This document shows positions 59,640 to 64,000 of a DNA stretch of 64,000 nucleotides, in pieces. The stretch comes from Eutreptiella sp. 'Long Island Sound 2002' (taxonomy: Eukaryota; Protista; Euglenida). The stretch's first letter is position 1. Every line of letters starts with the position of its first letter. Under the pieces are notes generated by a model, which worked only from the letters and a program-made list of their open reading frames with translations, was not told the DNA's origin and made no database searches. A program made the position numbers and the translations under genes. The stretch lies in NCBI GenBank assembly GCA_964036045.1, contig OZ038378.1, forward strand, positions 91,450,001 through 91,514,000, given 5' to 3'.

Positions 59640-61930
59640 TGTGGTAAAAGCTGCCATCACCAAGCATGCCAACGACACTGCCATTGCGAATTTGGCAATG
59701 ACAGGTCATGTGCCATTGCGAGATTTTGTGAACACACGCATTGTGTTTCTCCCTCCTTTGATTGCATGTTACCACTTTTTAATGCAGGCGAACATGTTTT
59801 CTGGGTGAATTCGGTTGTCGTGTGCTGGGGCACCGACTGAACTGCTCACAGGCTGATTTTTCGTTGGGCTTCTCGGGCTGTGCGACCATCTTGGCCTGGG
59901 GCGCAGGCGTGGAGACCACTGTCTTCAGTACAGATGCACAGGTCGCAATGCTACACGCCTCCAGGATGTGCACACTGCTATGCAATATATCCAAGTCCAG
60001 GGTATATCATTATAAATGGCAAAGTACGGGCTCCAGACCATTTGCATGAGATCTACCCACTTGGTTTGATACATGGTCGAAAATTGGGACTCTGCAATCG
60101 ACCACAAGCGGGCACACGAAATGCAAAACTTAGGCAATTGCGAATGTGCATGCTGAAGGTTGGTCACTGCCAGTGTCACTCCTGTGGGCCTCTTCTGCAC
60201 CCAGACAAAAAGGCTGGGTCAACTCCTCCAGGGGTGGATATAGTTGGGGGGGGGGGGGGGTTCCCGCCCAAATGACGATTGCTATTAATATTGACCCGTC
60301 TGGCTGAACTAGCAGTTTTACGAGAGGGCTGATGGCAGAAAAAGCGCCACAGCACATTGCTGCCCTGGATTTGAACCAAGGATGCTCAATCCATAAGCCC
60401 ATGCATATACCACTGAGCCACTGAACCACTCTGCTCTGCAAAGAATACAGGACAATGCATTACACAGGCGTTGGTGCATCACATGAAGACAGTCCAGACA
60501 GTCCAATCATTTCTTCAGACATTTAGCCTGAAGACCCAAACATCGTGGGTTTGCAAAACACTGGCGCAGAACGAGTTCAATCCAGCCCTGCTGGAGGCGG
60601 CAAGGGACAGAGATAAACATGCAGCAGCCAGAGTGCTGACAGCTGCTGCTGCTGTCACATGACGTTGTTGCATGTCCTCCTGGCTTGCCTGCTGTTGCGC
60701 TGCCTGGTCTGCCTTCTTCTTTTCTTGCTGCCTGCGACTGTTGCACGCAGTGCGTGTTCCACACTTGGGCACATGGGAACATTTCTCTGGTGTCCAGCTT
60801 TGGCGGCCTCCCTTTTGTTGCTCAATTTCAAAGACGACAAAATAAAAAGGGGAAGAGGCCTGCAGCACCAGAAACAAAAATGGAAAAAATGCACCCTGTC
60901 GGTGTTTACATTTTTCACAACCACATTTGTGTTGGTAGCAGGAGCGCAACAAGGGGAGGAAAAGCATGCTACTTCTGCAAGCAGCAAGGAGCTACAACGT
61001 TGCATTTGATGTCCTGGGAAAGGGAGAAAAAGTGCAAGGGACCGTGAGGTACAATCTGTGATGACAGAGCAAAGAAAGGAGTGCAAGACCCAGGTGGTGG
61101 CGCAGCTGCAGATTCGTCCAATTCTGCGAATGCACATACCTGTAAAGCGAAAAAGGATAATCATATCTTCCCCTGAACTTCTTAATGGCCAAGTCCTTGC
61201 CTTCGTCCACTTCAGCGTCGCTACCAACGTCCAGCAGAGGGTCATCTGGCACACCCACCACCAGTTGTGGGCATGGTTTCCTGGGGGTTCTGGGTGTACT
61301 TGAAACATCACAATAAACAACACACACCAACAACACAGGGGAAGGGCAATTTGTAGCAATGTACATATGCCAACACACCACAGGTCAAAAATAGTACATC
61401 ATCTGTGCATCCAGCCTTTTTGCACCATGTTGCATGTGAGAGCACCCCCAAAAAAACTGGCCACAGCTGCTGTTGGGTATGCCTCAAAAGAGGACCCTAT
61501 GCTGGATGTTGGGAGCGAACCGGAAGTGGACGAAGACTAGGACCTGGTCACTCAGGAGGAGTGCAAGTGTGCAAGCTGCCGATCCTGCGAGTGTGCACCA
61601 TGGGCCCTCTATCATCGGCACTGAGGACAGCGGTTGCCACACCTGCACCCCAGAGCAAGGGCAGGACAAGGGGGTTGTGAAGCGCAAGAACCCCGCCAAA
61701 AATCGGAGTCAGTACTCCAGCACAAGACAACCGAATTGACCCAGAAAAGGCGTTTGACGCCTGTATTGATCAGGGTGCGTGCATAGATGAGAATTGTCTG
61801 TCTTTGGGGACAATTGCAGGATGTTGCAACCACCCTCTTCAATGTGGGGGGCAGAACAGTGTTGTTGCGAAATTTAGCAATGGCAGCATGTATCGTTGCG
61901 AAGATTTGCGACCACAGCATATGTACTTCC
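59640..61930. repeat. Old inverted duplication: 59640-60000 (+) versus 61580-61930 (-); a second short pair at 61190-61260 / 61483-61545
   Basis: Both long arms share ttttctgggt.aattcggttgtc.tgtgctgg.g.ac.gact. The short pair reads DPLLDVGSDAEVDEGKDL versus DPMLDVGSEPEVDED*DL on opposite strands. Confidence 0.75.
60358..60430 (-). other. tRNA-derived pseudogene or SINE head
   Basis: It has A-box TGGCTCAGTGG, B-box GGTTCAAATCC and a pairing T-stem CTTGG/CCAGG. The anticodon stem does not pair. Confidence 0.55.
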
Positions 61931-62071
61931 CCAAATGTTAACCAATATTACACAAATCCACTTTGCCATACACTTTGGGGGTGAGAAATATTGTGTGATG
62001 CATATAGGCTTATGGGTATTCACGCTGCCAGTCATGTATGTTCACTGTCCAAGATCAGTAGCTCCTATCAA

Positions 62072-64000
62072 AAAATCAAGACTCGAACTAGGACCGAGCT
62101 GGGTCCTAGTCTTGCGTAACGCATTGGAGATCACCGTTGAGGAAAGACTGCTTGCTTTCCAGATGTGCCTCCACGGGCGGGATGATCGTCCTGAAACACG
62201 GCTCAAAAACGGCTCATTTTCACCTCAAAATGGACCAGCGCGTGGCACCACGGCGTGGTACACGCCTTATTGAGCACCCATTTGCGATCCTTTGATAGCC
62301 CAATCGCCATGAAAGAACAACGGCCCTCATCCGGAACACCTGCTTGGCGTAGCGGCGATCGTCGTGAACTTTCAGGACGATCGTCCTGAAAACGGCCGAA
62401 AACAGCCCAAAAACGGCCACTTTTGGACACTAAATCGGCCATAGAACGGGCTAGACGGCTCAAACCGGCACGAAACCTGTTTGTGGTGATGCGCCTTTGC
62501 TCCCCGGTCATTTTGAGCTACTTGGATGCCGGTTTTGAGCGACGGTGTGGTCGCAAGGACTTTTGGACCTTCTGCTTGATGCTTGCTGCTGCTGCTTGCT
62601 GCTGCTGCTTGCTAAAACGTGTTGCTCATCCTTGGACCCTAAAAGGTGGTGTAAAACCTCAACAGGGTAAACCCAGCTCGGTAATCAAGACTCGAACTAG
62701 GACCGAGCTGGGTCCTAGTCTTGCGTAACGCATTGGAGATCACCGTTGAACAAAGACCGCTTCCTTTAGAGATGCGCCTGGACGGTCACGACGATCGTCC
62801 TCAAAAACGGCTCAAAAACGGCTCATTTTCACCTCAAAATGGACCACCGTGTGGCACCACGGCATGGTACACGCCGTATTGAACACCCATTTGCCATCAT
62901 TTGATAGCCCAATCGCCATGGAAGAACAACGGCCCTCATTGCAAACACCCACTTGACACACCGGCGATCGTCCTGAGTTTTCAGGACGATCGTCCTGAAA
63001 ACAGCCCAAAAACGGCCTTTTTTGGGCACTAAATCGGCCATAGAACGGGCTAGACCGCTCAAAGCGGCACAAAACTTGTTTGGGGTGATGCGCCTTTGCT
63101 CCCCGGTCGTTTTGAGCTACTTGGATGCCGGTTTTGGGCCGCGGTGTGATCACAAGGACTTTTGGACCGCCTGCTTGCTGCTGCTGCTGCTGCTTGCTGC
63201 TTGCTAAAATGTGTTCCCCAGCCGTGGACCCTAAAAGGTGGTGTAAAACCTCCACAGGGTAAACCCAGCTCGGTAATCAAGACTCGAACTAGGACCGAGC
63301 TGGGTCCTAGTCTTGCATAACGCATTGGAAATCACCGTTGAAGAAAGACCGCTTGCTTTAGAGATGTGCCTGCATGGTTACGACGATCGTCCGCAAACAC
63401 GGCTCAAAAACGGCTCATTTTCACCTCAAAATGGACCAGCGCGTGGCACCACGGCGTGGTACGTGCCTTATTGAACACCCATTTGCCATACTTTGATACC
63501 CCAGACGCCATGAAAGAACAACGGCCCTCATCGAAAACACCTGCTTGGCGTAGCGGCGATCGTCCTGAACTTTCAGGACGATTGTCCTGAAAACAACCAA
63601 AAACAGCCCAAAAACGGCCATTTTTTGGACGCTAACTCGGCCGTAGAACGGGCTAGACGGCTCAAACCGGCACGAAACTTGTTTGTGGTGATGCGCGTTT
63701 GCTCCCCGATCGTTTTGAGCTACTTGGATGTCGGTTTTGAGCCACGGTGCGGTCGCAAGAACTTTTTATGCGCCTGCTTGCTTGCTTGCTGCAGCTGCTG
63801 CTGTTGCTGCTAAAACGTGTTGCTCACCCTTGGCCCCCAAAAGGTGGTGTAAAACCTCGACAGGGTAAACCCAGCTCGGTAATCAAGACTCGAACTAGGA
63901 CCGAGCTGGGTCCTAGTCTTGCGTAACGCATTGGAAATCACCGTGGAGGAAACACTGCCTGCTTTGGAGATGTGCCTCCACGGTCAGTACGATTGTCCTC
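62072..64000 (-). repeat. ~600-bp satellite (periods 609, 592, 606), head-to-tail copies of a Helentron-like monomer; runs off the window
   Basis: aatcaagactcgaactaggaccgagctgggtcctagtcttg begins at 62074, 62683, 63275 and 63881. Each unit has a (GCT/GCTT)n microsatellite. Both ends are homologous to element 2439-3593. Confidence 0.95.

Noticed and set aside
60992-61381. piggyBac-like VDE...FRGR motif
   Set aside because: The spacing is wrong, there are no other piggyBac motifs or TTAA/TIRs, and the inverted paralog does not keep it.
1-64000. rRNA, intact tRNA, spliced-leader gene, or prokaryotic/viral operon
   Set aside because: No recognisable signature was found by eye, so I also make no firm taxonomic call.

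Overview
This window is eukaryotic, repeat-dominated DNA: it has TTAGGG tracts and GT-AG introns, and I found no prokaryotic operon, rRNA or CRISPR. The organism cannot be fixed from sequence alone, and no intact host gene is evident. It is a nest of decayed mobile elements that can largely be reconstructed by eye. (1) There are three divergent members of one multi-ORF DNA-transposon family: A (~729-8300), B (16297-22800, complete, 25-bp perfect TIRs, 5-bp TSD) and E (~24019-28400). A and B carry a DDE-like transposase, and all three carry two conserved accessory ORFs of unknown function. Each member carries its own version of a GC-N-CTGCAG-N-GC palindrome, which also occurs inside codons. (2) A 4.8-kb TIR element D (30055-34864) encodes a RAG1/Transib/Chapaev-like transposase, and its three GT-AG introns are built from its own subterminal CTAGAACG motif. 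(3) Two non-LTR retrotransposon RTs are split by B and D respectively, and both rejoin in frame when the insert is removed. (4) A Helentron/DINE-like non-autonomous family sits in a TTAGGG tract (2439-3593) and also forms the ~600-bp satellite at 62-64 kb. (5) A 2.5-kb fold-back palindrome spans 27124-29667. (6) Smaller features are a gag remnant, a second RAG-like transposase C-terminus, a PHD/coiled-coil multi-exon pseudogene, two tRNA-like heads and several mini/microsatellites. All family assignments come from manual motif reading, not database searches.
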